From NCBI GenBank assembly GCA_046331705.1, contig JAXLQJ010000014.1:124001-156582 (forward strand): a stretch of 32,582 nucleotides of DNA, in the 5' to 3' direction. Position 1 is the stretch's first letter, and every line of letters begins with the position of its first letter. Shown piece by piece: positions 8,585 to 17,238 of this stretch. Position numbers and translations under genes: made by a program. This DNA comes from a bacterium. Lineage in GTDB: Bacteria > JADJOY01. The notes below the pieces were generated by a model that was given only the letters and a program-made list of their open reading frames with translations, searched no databases and was not told the DNA's origin.

Positions 8585-9731
8585 CGTCGAGCATCCGCAC
8601 GGTGCGCTCGATGCGGTCCCGGAGCGCTCCGTCCGATTCGGCGCGCCACGGATCGGCCGCACCCAGGATCGCGAGCACCGCGCTCGCGAGCTCGGCGGAA
8701 GAGGTCTTCGTCATCGAGATGCGAGCGTCTTGCGCCTTGAGAAAGCTTTCCTTCGTGCGGTACGGGGTGTTCGAGCCTTTGCCCCACGCGACACCTTCGA
8801 GCGTTCGCGCCTGACCGATGTTGTCCATCGCCGTGTCGCGCAAGCGCAGCGCCATCCGCCCTGCCCGCAAGCCCTGCAACGACGCCGGCTCGGCGGCGAG
8901 CCCGCCGACCTTCTTCTCCGCGTCGGCGAGCTTCGCCTCCAGGGTGGCGGCATCCCCGGCGCGCAACGCCTCCGCGGCTTCGCGGGCGGGCGTCACGTAG
9001 GCGGTGTAACGCGGATCGACCGCCGGGTGGGCGGGCTCGACGGTGCTGGTGGGCGGACGCTTCGACGGGACGTGGATCAGCTTGGGCTCCACCCGCGGCT
9101 GCGCCTTCTGGCGATCGAGCCAATCCTCGTAGGCGAAGTACCCGAAAACGGCGCCGATCGACAGCGCGAAGACCACCAAGACCCACAGGAACGAGGCGGG
9201 CTTCTTCGCGCGCCGCGACCCGTTCGCGCGCGCGGGATCGGGACGCCGAACGGCCTCCGGCGCGGTGCGCGCCGCCGCCGGCTCGGCGACGGGAACCTTC
9301 GAATAGACCGTGTCCTCGTCCTTGGAGGACTTGGGCTTCTCGACCGCGGCCACGGATCCGGTGCGCGGGGCCTTCTCGAGCGCGGACTGCACGCGCGCCA
9401 GCAAAGCGTCGTTCACCTCCGGGAACGCGAGCAACATGCCGCGCCGAAGGGTGGTCGAGCCCTTGCCGGGGTTCGAGTACACCACCTCGACACGCACCCG
9501 CGTCCGGACCTCCTCGTCCTGAAGCGGCGGCAGCTCGAGCTCGGCGTGAGCACCGAGGCTGAGCATCGATTCGGCATCGACGAACAGCTTCTTGTTCTCG
9601 ATGCTGATCGGCCGGATGATCCGCGGCTCGCCCTTGTCCGTCCAGAGGACGAGCTTGCCGTCGCCAGCGCGTCCGCTTTTCGGATTCTGGACCCCCGGTT
9701 CGAGGTCGGGGGTTCCGGGGGGCCGGGTCAT
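8574..9731 (-). CDS. Bitopic membrane protein with an N-terminal degenerate PilZ-like domain
   Basis: KLFVDAESMLSLGAHAELELP...VRVEVVYSN...GMLLAFPEV resembles the PilZ barrel. A Pro/Ala linker, a TM segment (FLWVLVVFALSIGAVFGYFAY) and a helical C-terminus follow. Confidence 0.55.
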   Translation of the reverse strand: MTRPPGTPDLEPGVQNPKSGRAGDGKLVLWTDKGEPRIIRPISIENKKLFVDAESMLSLGAHAELELPPLQDEEVRTRVRVEVVYSNPGKGSTTLRRGMLLAFPEVNDALLARVQSALEKAPRTGSVAAVEKPKSSKDEDTVYSKVPVAEPAAARTAPEAVRRPDPARANGSRRAKKPASFLWVLVVFALSIGAVFGYFAYEDWLDRQKAQPRVEPKLIHVPSKRPPTSTVEPAHPAVDPRYTAYVTPAREAAEALRAGDAATLEAKLADAEKKVGGLAAEPASLQGLRAGRMALRLRDTAMDNIGQARTLEGVAWGKGSNTPYRTKESFLKAQDARISMTKTSSAELASAVLAILGAADPWRAESDGALRDRIERTVRMLDVSQ

Positions 9732-9768
9732 GCGTGCGAACAGGGAGGAGCGGAGCGAATCGCCGAAA

Positions 9769-9777
9769 ACTATATCA
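9769..9777 (-). promoter_or_regulatory. Putative extended -10 promoter (TGaTATAGT) for the PilZ-like gene
   Basis: AT-rich island in GC-rich DNA, about 40 nt upstream of the ATG at 9731. Confidence 0.4.
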
Positions 9778-9942
9778 TGGGGTCCGCGCACGCCGCATGC
9801 GACCCCACGGCGGCGGCACGCGCGCAACCCACCCGCGGCAACGGGACGGTGGCCGCACGCCACCGCTTCGCGCCCGGCGCTCGGGTGCCGCTTGAGCGGG
9901 CGACCGCGCACCATTACCTTCCGACCGCTTCCCATCCGCATC

Positions 9943-11730
9943 ATGGATCCCATCGAGCTCGCGACACTCGTCGACCAGGACCGCGACGCCGCCCGCCACG
10001 CGCTGGATGGGCTGAGCGTCGAGGCGGCGGCACAGCTCCTGAGCCGGATGCCGTCGCGCGACGCGTGGCGGCTGATCTTCCTCGCCCGCGACCCTCAGGC
10101 GCTGGTTCGCGCGCTGCCCAAGACCACGTTCTTCACCCTGTTCCACGAGATCGGTGCCGCCGACGCCGGCGAGCTGCTGCCGCTCGCCAGCCACCAGCAG
10201 GTGGAGTTCTGCCTGGATCTCGAGTGTTGGCAGCGCGGGGAGCTGGCCACGGAGCGGGTGGACGAGTGGCTCCGCCGCCTCGCCGAGGCGGGTGAGCGAA
10301 CTCTCTTTCGGCACCTCGCGAAGCTCGACCTGGAGCTCTTGGTGGCCATGTTCGCGGGCCGGATCCGGGTGGCCAAGCGCAACGAGGACGTCGATCCGCT
10401 GGAAATGGACGATCCCGAGGTCACGACCCTCGACGACCTCTACTACCTCGCCGTCGACGACGCGGAACGAGCGAGCGCACAGGAGCTCATCGAGGTGCTG
10501 CGCGTGCTGCGCAATCGCTCTCCCGAGCTCACCGTCGAGCTCATGGAGGAGCTGCGGCGGGAGCTGCCATCGGAGGCGACCGAGGACGCGCGACGCTTGC
10601 GCGACGGGCGGTTGTGGGACGAGGGGCTGCCGGACTTCGACAGTGCGCTGGAAGTGCTGGCGCGGCTGGATGCGAGCGATCTCGACGACCCGCGCTACCG
10701 CAAGCTCGCCAGCGGCTCGCCGGACGCCGAGGCGACCGGCGCGGAGCTGGTGCCGGTGGTCAACGCCGACGCGAGCTTCCTCGTCGCCGCGCTCGCGCGC
10801 CTGGCGCCGGCGGATCGGGGCCGCGTGGAGCACGAGATCGCCCATCTGACCAACACGGTGCTGGTCGCCACGGTCGGTGACTTCGCGGACCTGGCGGAGG
10901 TGCACCGACAGGCGACCTACGCGGTCGATTGCCTGGGAATCGGCCTCGAGCACGCGAGTCACGGGCAAAGCGCGGACGCCGCCGAGCGACTGCGCACCGT
11001 TCGGCTGGACGCGCTCTTCCGGGTGGGCCGGACGCTCATCCAGGGTCTGGTGACGCGCGCACATCGGCTGGCGGACGCGGCGTCGCGCGCCGGCTTCGGC
11101 GGACGCGCCACCATTCTCGGACACGTGGTGGCGCAAGCGATCGACTCGTTGCGGGCTGCGACGCCCACGTATCCGCGCGCGCTCGACGCCGACGGCGAGA
11201 TCGGAACGCGGTGGATCGAGAGCGTCGCCGATCTGGGCCGGATGGACGCCGTGCTGGCGCGCGGCGAGGCGGCCGCGGTCTTCCTCTTGGATCGTCTCTA
11301 CCCCGCCGCGACGAGCTGGGAAGCCGTGGACTTCAGCGATTGCACGGTGGAGCGCCTGGGCGAGCTCTCGGCGCATCAGGCGCTGGCGACGGTCGCTGCG
11401 AACCTGCTGCTGGGAGGCGACGGAGCGTTCGCGCCGATTCCGGTCGAATCGCTCGAGGAGCTGCGCGGCCGGCTGGCGGCGATTCCCGTGGATGCCACGA
11501 ACGGCCCGGCGCGTGTTCCCGAGCTCGAGCGCTGGCTCGAGCCGCTGCTCGCCGATCTGCCGCTCGCGGTGACGGGCGTGATGCGGCGCCTGGTCGACGA
11601 ATCCGCCAGCGCCTTGCTCAGCCAGCTCGGGCAGCTCGGCGAGAACGAGCCGATCGAGCCGCTGGCGATCCCGACCCTGGCGATTCGGGCCCCCGGCATC
11701 GTGCGCGCCGCCCGCGAAGAGATTCCGTAG
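9943..11730 (+). CDS. DUF6178 family protein
   Basis: DPQALVRALP...HEIGAADAGELL...QVEFCLDLECW...RDGRLWDEGLPDFDSALEV matches this deltaproteobacterial family as I recall it. Confidence 0.65.
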   Translation: MDPIELATLVDQDRDAARHALDGLSVEAAAQLLSRMPSRDAWRLIFLARDPQALVRALPKTTFFTLFHEIGAADAGELLPLASHQQVEFCLDLECWQRGELATERVDEWLRRLAEAGERTLFRHLAKLDLELLVAMFAGRIRVAKRNEDVDPLEMDDPEVTTLDDLYYLAVDDAERASAQELIEVLRVLRNRSPELTVELMEELRRELPSEATEDARRLRDGRLWDEGLPDFDSALEVLARLDASDLDDPRYRKLASGSPDAEATGAELVPVVNADASFLVAALARLAPADRGRVEHEIAHLTNTVLVATVGDFADLAEVHRQATYAVDCLGIGLEHASHGQSADAAERLRTVRLDALFRVGRTLIQGLVTRAHRLADAASRAGFGGRATILGHVVAQAIDSLRAATPTYPRALDADGEIGTRWIESVADLGRMDAVLARGEAAAVFLLDRLYPAATSWEAVDFSDCTVERLGELSAHQALATVAANLLLGGDGAFAPIPVESLEELRGRLAAIPVDATNGPARVPELERWLEPLLADLPLAVTGVMRRLVDESASALLSQLGQLGENEPIEPLAIPTLAIRAPGIVRAAREEIP

Positions 11731-11822
11731 CGGCGCGGGCCCGGTCGACGCGGGCGAACGCGCTCCACGGACCCCCGGCCCGTCGCCCGGCGGCACTGTC
11801 TCAGTTTGAGGTAACGAGCCGA

Positions 11823-11851
11823 TTGGCGACACCCGGACGCTGTGCTAGGTT
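11823..11851 (+). promoter_or_regulatory. Putative sigma70 promoter of rho (TTGGCG-N17-TAGGTT, with an extended TG)
   Basis: Sequence gaTTGGCGacacccggacgctgTGcTAGGTT has a 17-nt spacer. Confidence 0.45.
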
Positions 11852-12094
11852 CGCGCGCGCTCGGGACCGAAGGCAGCGATCTCACCCGGGCGAGACGAAT
11901 CCGATCGCCGCAAGCGCCCGCCCGCGACGACCCGCCGATCTCCTCGGCAGTCGCCGGCACCTCGTACGACGAGCGCCCAGCGGCGAACCACAATCGAGCC
12001 CATCGGTACCGCGCGCGCGGCGCTCGTCGCCGCGGCGGCGTTACTGCGCGCCTCGACGAGACGAACGGGGGTCAGCGTGGCGGGAGAGCGAGTC

Positions 12095-13540
12095 ATGAAG
12101 GGCGGCCCACAGAATCTGAATCGCAATCGCCCCGGACGCATGGGGCGACGGCGACAGCGCGGCAGTGGGGGCGGTGGTGGCGGAGGCGGAGGCTTTCGCG
12201 TGCCTGCCGGTGCGCCGCAGCTCGATCCCGAGGCGGACGCGGCGCTGATCGCCGAGGCGGGCGCCAACGGCGACTCGCTCACGGACGTGAACGAGCTGCA
12301 GAAGATGACCATCCAGGACCTGAACCGTCTCGCCCGCGAGCTCGGTCTCAAGGGCACGGGCCGCATGCGCAAGCCCGAGCTCATCTTCGAGGTCCTCAAG
12401 ATCAAGAGCGCCGGACAGCGCGCGTTCGTGAGCCAGGGCGTGCTCGAAGTGGTCTCCGACGGCTACGGATTCCTGCGCTCGCCGTTCTTCAGCTACCTGC
12501 CCTGCCCCGAGGACGTGTACGTCTCGCCGCAGCAGATCAAGCGCTTCAACCTGAAGACGGGCGACACGGTGCACGGCCACGTGCGGGCGCCGACGGACAA
12601 GGAAAAGTTCTTCGCCTTGATCCAGATCAGCACCATCAACGGCCAGCCGCCCGAGCGCGCACGCGAGCGCGTCTTCTTCGACAACCTGACGCCGCTGCAT
12701 CCGAATCGGCGCTTCGTGCTCGAGACGACGCCGGACGGCGTCGAGACGCGCATCATGGACATGCTGGTGCCACTCGGCATGGGCCAGCGCGGTCTGATCG
12801 TCGCACCGCCGCGCACCGGCAAGACGGTGCTGCTGCAGAAGATCGCCAACGCCATCGCCACCAATCACCCGGAGGCCGTGCTCATCGTGCTGCTGATCGA
12901 CGAGCGGCCCGAGGAAGTGACGGAGATGGAGCGCTCGGTGAAGGGCGAGGTGGTCGCGTCGACGTTCGACGAGCCACCCGAGCGGCACACGGTGGTCTCG
13001 GAGATGGTGCTCGAGAAGGCGAAGCGCCTCGTCGAGCACCGCTACGACGTCGTGATCCTGCTCGATTCGATCACGCGTCTGGCGCGCGCCTACAACACGG
13101 TGCAGCCGCCAAGCGGGAAGATCCTCTCGGGCGGCGTCGACTCGAACGCGCTTCAGAAGCCCAAGCGCTTCTTCGGGGCGGCGCGCAACATCGAGGAGGG
13201 CGGCAGCCTCACGATCATCGCGACGGCGCTCGTGGAAACCGGCAGCCGCATGGACGAGGTGATCTTCGAGGAGTTCAAGGGCACCGGCAACATGGAGCTC
13301 TCCCTGGACCGCCGACTCGTCGATCGGCGCGTCTTCCCCGCGCTCAACATCGAGCGCTCGGGAACGCGCAAGGAGGAGCTGCTGCTCGCCCCCGAGGAGC
13401 TCGAGGCGATCTACAAGCTGCGCAAGGTGCTCACGAACATGGGCCCGGTCGAGGCGATGGACAAGCTCATCGAGAAGCTCAACGACACCGGCACCAACCG
13501 CACCTTCTTGATGGAGATCGAGAAGATCCTCAAGGGGTGA
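12095..13540 (+). CDS. rho: Transcription termination factor Rho with an Arg/Gly-rich N-terminal extension
   Basis: [33 protein letters not shown] (Walker A), [36 protein letters not shown] and SGTRKEELL. Alternative GTG start at 12077. Confidence 0.98.
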   Translation: MKGGPQNLNRNRPGRMGRRRQRGSGGGGGGGGGFRVPAGAPQLDPEADAALIAEAGANGDSLTDVNELQKMTIQDLNRLARELGLKGTGRMRKPELIFEVLKIKSAGQRAFVSQGVLEVVSDGYGFLRSPFFSYLPCPEDVYVSPQQIKRFNLKTGDTVHGHVRAPTDKEKFFALIQISTINGQPPERARERVFFDNLTPLHPNRRFVLETTPDGVETRIMDMLVPLGMGQRGLIVAPPRTGKTVLLQKIANAIATNHPEAVLIVLLIDERPEEVTEMERSVKGEVVASTFDEPPERHTVVSEMVLEKAKRLVEHRYDVVILLDSITRLARAYNTVQPPSGKILSGGVDSNALQKPKRFFGAARNIEEGGSLTIIATALVETGSRMDEVIFEEFKGTGNMELSLDRRLVDRRVFPALNIERSGTRKEELLLAPEELEAIYKLRKVLTNMGPVEAMDKLIEKLNDTGTNRTFLMEIEKILKG

Positions 13541-14876
13541 GATCGGCGCGGATCTGCTTGAGCAACGCGATGTTGTCGCCGTGACCGGTCTTCTGGGCGG
13601 TGACCTTGCCGAGCATCGGGCGTCCGAGGAGATAGAGATCGCCGATCACGTCGAGCACCTTGTGCCGCGCCAGCTCGTCGGGAAAGCGCAGCGTGGTGTT
13701 CACGATCTTCTCGTCGTCGATCAAGATGAAGTTGTCGATGCGGCCGCCGCCGGCGAGGCCCATCTCGGCCAGCATCCGCACGTCCTTGACGAAACCGAAG
13801 GTGCGCGCGGGCGCGATGCTGTCGCGGAACGACTCGCAGCCCCGGTGCACGAACGTGAAGTCTTGCCTGCCGACCGGCGGCGGGTACTCGAGGACGTAAC
13901 GGACGGAGAACTCGTCCGAAGGCTCGATCGAGATGTACTCGCCGCTCGGCGATTCGTCGCCGACGACGTACTTCCGCGTCACGCGAATCGGCTCGATTCG
14001 CGCGTCCTGCTCCTCGATCCCGGCGTCCTCGATGATGCGGCAGAAATCGACCGCGGAGCCGTCCATGATCGGGACCTCGCCATCCATCTTCACCAGCAGG
14101 TTGGTGATGCCGTAGCTGTGCAACGCCGCGAGGAAGTGCTCGACCGTGCGGGCCTCGACGCCGTCGTTGCCGAGCGTGGTCGCGTAGCCGCTGGCGCGGA
14201 CGTGGTCGAGATGCGCCGGGAACGCCTTCCCGGTGGCGATGCTGCCGAACAGGATCCCGCTACCCGGGGGCAGTGGCGTGAGGATCAAACCGCCCTTGAT
14301 CCCGGAGTGCAGACCCTGGCCGCACACCACCATGCTGCGCCGAAGCGTTCGCTGCCGCTGGCCATGCGGGTCGGGCGGCCCAGGCAACACGGAAGGTCCC
14401 AGCGCCTCGCCCACCTGGGCCGCCAGGTTGGTGCGAAACACCGGCGCCGGCGTGTTGCCGGCTTCCATGATCCGGCTGCGCAGCTCGCGGTTCTCGCGCA
14501 CCAGACGGCGATGCTCGAGAGCGCGAGCGAGCGTGAGCAGAAGCTGCTCGCGGCTCAGCGGCTTCTCGATGAAATCGAATGCACCGAGCTTCACCGCCTG
14601 GACCGCGGTGTGCACGTTCGCATGCCCCGAGATCATGATGATCTCGATGTCGGGGCTCGCCTTCTTGATGTCGCGCAACAGCTGGATGCCGTCGAGACCG
14701 GGCAGCCAGATGTCGAGCAGCACGGCATCGGGCTTGAACTGGCGAATCGCGGGAAGCGCCTGATTGCCGTCGCCGACCGAGGAGGTCCGATAGCCCTCGT
14801 CCTCGAGAACTCCGCGGACGGTCCGCTGGATGGCGTCCTCGTCGTCGACGATGAGGACGTGAAACGTTGGATTCAT
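13530..14876 (-). CDS. lpxC: Response-regulator receiver domain fused to UDP-3-O-acyl-GlcNAc deacetylase (REC-LpxC)
   Basis: Residues 1-120 form a REC domain (VLIVDDE, LLDIWLP, MISGH, FIEKP). Residues about 175-448 are LpxC ([46 protein letters not shown]). Single uninterrupted frame; alternative ATG at 14894. Confidence 0.95.
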   Translation of the reverse strand: MNPTFHVLIVDDEDAIQRTVRGVLEDEGYRTSSVGDGNQALPAIRQFKPDAVLLDIWLPGLDGIQLLRDIKKASPDIEIIMISGHANVHTAVQAVKLGAFDFIEKPLSREQLLLTLARALEHRRLVRENRELRSRIMEAGNTPAPVFRTNLAAQVGEALGPSVLPGPPDPHGQRQRTLRRSMVVCGQGLHSGIKGGLILTPLPPGSGILFGSIATGKAFPAHLDHVRASGYATTLGNDGVEARTVEHFLAALHSYGITNLLVKMDGEVPIMDGSAVDFCRIIEDAGIEEQDARIEPIRVTRKYVVGDESPSGEYISIEPSDEFSVRYVLEYPPPVGRQDFTFVHRGCESFRDSIAPARTFGFVKDVRMLAEMGLAGGGRIDNFILIDDEKIVNTTLRFPDELARHKVLDVIGDLYLLGRPMLGKVTAQKTGHGDNIALLKQIRADLTP

Positions 14877-14954
14877 GTTCGCGGTGGCCCGCATCACGGC
14901 GTCGCGCTGGTGAGCGGAGAGAACGAATCGGTGGGACCGCGCAAGCGGTGCGCG

Positions 14955-14983
14955 AAGCTCGCACAGCACCTACCCCTTGTCAA
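14955..14983 (-). promoter_or_regulatory. Putative sigma70 promoter of REC-lpxC (TTGACA-N17-GAGCTT, with an extended TG)
   Basis: Perfect -35 TTGACA at 14983-14978 on the minus strand. The -10 is a weak match. Confidence 0.45.
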
Positions 14984-15049
14984 ACCCGCGCGGTGGCTCG
15001 CCGCGAGGCGAGGCGACGGCGCGAAACCCCTTCTGCGCACGCGTTTTGC

Positions 15050-15078
15050 TTGCCGGTGGGTGGCCCCAGTGCTAGCCT
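15050..15078 (+). promoter_or_regulatory. Putative sigma70 promoter of the rimP-nusA-infB operon (TTGCCG-N17-TAGCCT)
   Basis: 17-nt spacer with a TG extension before the -10. Confidence 0.45.
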
Positions 15079-15090
15079 CGCTGGTTTGAG

Positions 15091-15231
15091 ATGGACCTCG
15101 AATTCGGCGGGCGAGGTCCGTTGGTGCTTGCCCGAGATCGCTCGGGAAACCACTCACAAGGTGGGGTCGAAGCGGTCGGACGTTGCAGTCGTCCCGCGCC
15201 GGGCGGATGGGTGCGCGTTGCATCCACTCGC
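15091..15231 (+). promoter_or_regulatory. Structured 5' leader of rimP (several hairpins; the last resembles the rimP leader motif)
   Basis: Stems GGACCTCG/CGAGGTCC, CCCGAG/CTCGGG, CCAC/GTGG, GGACG/CGTCC and TGGGTGC/GCATCCA lie in tandem before the RBS. Confidence 0.4.
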
Positions 15232-15259
15232 GGAGGGACGACGCGGATGAAGGAAGGGA

Positions 15260-15841
15260 GTGAATCGTCGGGAGATCGCGGAGAACGTTCGAGCCCTCGT
15301 GGAGCCCACCGTACGCGCCGTGGGTTGCGAGGTGCTCGACGTGGAGATGCTGGGATCGGAATCGCGACCTACGATTCGCATCACGCTGGACCACGAGCAA
15401 GGCGTCAGCATCGAACACTGTGCGGAAGTCAGCCGGCGCGTGAGCCCCTTGTTGGACGTCGAGGACTTGATCAGCGGCTCGTACCAGTTGGAGGTGTCGT
15501 CCCCAGGTCTGGATCGACCACTCAAGCGCCTCATGGATTTCGACAGGTTTCAGGACAAGCGGGCCAAGATCGAGACCCGCAACCCAGTGGTTCCAGGACG
15601 AAACCAACGGCGTTTCGTCGGCAAGCTCCGAGGATCGCGAGACCAGAACATCGAGCTCGAGGAAGAAGGTGGGCAGCTCATCTCGATCCCGTTCACGGCC
15701 ATCGAACGAGCGCACCTGATCTACGAGTTCGGCGAGGAAGATTTCGGCAACCGAGGCAAGTCGCACGGACCGAGCGTACCGAGGCGCAGGAGCGATCGGG
15801 GCGCGAAGCACGGCTCGAGTGACCCTTCGAGAGGTGAGTAG
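15260..15841 (+). CDS. rimP: Ribosome maturation factor RimP
   Basis: GVSIEHCAEVSR, LDVEDLI and YQLEVSSPGLDRPL; lies upstream of nusA. Confidence 0.96.
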   Translation: MNRREIAENVRALVEPTVRAVGCEVLDVEMLGSESRPTIRITLDHEQGVSIEHCAEVSRRVSPLLDVEDLISGSYQLEVSSPGLDRPLKRLMDFDRFQDKRAKIETRNPVVPGRNQRRFVGKLRGSRDQNIELEEEGGQLISIPFTAIERAHLIYEFGEEDFGNRGKSHGPSVPRRRSDRGAKHGSSDPSRGE

Positions 15842-15846
15842 CCAGG

Positions 15847-17217
15847 ATGATGACGACCGACCTCAACCGCGTGATCGAGCAGGTGGGACGCGACAAGGGC
15901 ATCGCGCGCGAGGTGCTCGTGGAGGCCCTCGAATCCGCGATGCTCTCGGCCGCGCGCAAGAAATTCGGTCTCGAGCGCAACCTCGAGGCCAAGTACAACG
16001 ACGAGCTCGGTGAAGTCGAGGTCTTCGAGTTCCGGGTCGTGGTGGAAGAGCCCGAGCGAGCCAACGAGGTCTCGGTCGAGGAAGCCAAGCGCATCGACCC
16101 CGACGCCGAGCTCGGCGACGAGCTCGGCGAGAAGATCGACACCACCGGCTTCGGCCGCATCGCCGCGCAAGCCGCCAAGCAGATCATCATCCAGAAGATG
16201 CGCGACGCCGAGCGCGAGCTCGTGCTCGAAGAGTTCACGCAATCCAAGGGCGAGATCGTCAACGGCATCGTGCAGCGCTTCGAGCGCGGCGCGATCGCGG
16301 TCAACCTCGGCCGCACCGAGGCGTATCTCCCGCCCCGCGAGCAGATCCCCCGCGAGAACTATCGCCAAGGCGATCGCGTCCGGGCGCTGGTGCTCGACAT
16401 CCAGCACACGCCCAAAGGCCCGCAGATCATCCTGAGCCGCGGCCATCCGGACTTCCTGGCGGCGCTCTTCAAGCTGGAAGTCCCCGAGATCTACGAGGGC
16501 ATCGTCGAGATCAAGGGCGCCGTTCGCGAGCCCGGCGTGCGCGCGAAGATCGCGGTCGTGAGTCACGACCGCGACGTCGATCCCGTCGGTGCCTGCGTCG
16601 GCATGAAGGGCTCGCGCGTGCAAGCGGTGGTGCAGGAGCTTCGCGGCGAGAAGATCGACATCGTTCCGTGGGTGGCGGACATCGAGAACTTCGCTTGCAA
16701 CGCGCTCGCGCCCGCCGAGGTCTCGTCGGTGGTCGTCGACGAGGCCCGCCGCACCCTCGAGGTGATCGTCGCCGACGAGCAGCTCTCGCTCGCGATCGGC
16801 AAGCGTGGCCAGAACGTGCGCCTCGCCTCCCGCCTCCTCGGCTGGAAGATCGACGTGAAGAGCGAGACCAAGGTTGCGCGCCAGTACCAGGACGCGCACA
16901 AGAGCCTGGGCCGGATCCCGGGCGTCGGGCTCGACCTCATCAACACGCTCTACGAGGCCGGCTACCTGTCGGCCACCCTCGTCGCGCAGGCGCAAGCCGA
17001 CGACCTCGCCAAGCTCGACGGCCTGGGCGACACCATCCCCGAGAAGCTCATCGAAGACGCGAAACGGGTCGCCGCCAGCGAGCAGGCCGAGCGTGAAGAG
17101 GAATCGCACCGGCGGGCGGAAGAAGAGAAGGTCGCCGAGATCCAGCGCGAGCTCACGCAGCAGCCCAAGCCCACGGACGCCCCGAGCGCCGCCGGCAAGG
17201 AGGAAGCGCGCGAGTGA
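15847..17217 (+). CDS. nusA: Transcription termination/antitermination factor NusA
   Basis: FGRIAAQAAKQ, LFKLEVPEI, VDPVGACVGMKGSRV and AIGKRGQNVRLA, plus C-terminal HhH repeats. Confidence 0.98.
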   Translation: MMTTDLNRVIEQVGRDKGIAREVLVEALESAMLSAARKKFGLERNLEAKYNDELGEVEVFEFRVVVEEPERANEVSVEEAKRIDPDAELGDELGEKIDTTGFGRIAAQAAKQIIIQKMRDAERELVLEEFTQSKGEIVNGIVQRFERGAIAVNLGRTEAYLPPREQIPRENYRQGDRVRALVLDIQHTPKGPQIILSRGHPDFLAALFKLEVPEIYEGIVEIKGAVREPGVRAKIAVVSHDRDVDPVGACVGMKGSRVQAVVQELRGEKIDIVPWVADIENFACNALAPAEVSSVVVDEARRTLEVIVADEQLSLAIGKRGQNVRLASRLLGWKIDVKSETKVARQYQDAHKSLGRIPGVGLDLINTLYEAGYLSATLVAQAQADDLAKLDGLGDTIPEKLIEDAKRVAASEQAEREEESHRRAEEEKVAEIQRELTQQPKPTDAPSAAGKEEARE

Positions 17218-17238
17218 GCCCGGTGGAGGAATCGCACC

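Noticed and set aside
9775-11832. Long antisense or alternate-frame ORFs (e.g. 9775-11832 -, 8475-10295 +, 13581-15089 +, 18758-20407 -, 28602-30185 +)
   Set aside because: Shadow ORFs expected in very GC-rich DNA. They are Arg/Ala/Gly-rich, lack motifs and overlap well-supported genes.
14354-14470. REC-LpxC as two genes joined by a sequencing artefact
   Set aside because: The linker is open with ordinary codon usage, I see no convincing RBS plus start before QRTL, and no AAA+ remnant is evident. Read-level confirmation is still advisable.
15085-15259. Possible tRNA (metY-like) upstream of rimP
   Set aside because: No T-loop GTTCRA within a cloverleaf, no acceptor stem and no CCA. Treated as a structured leader instead.
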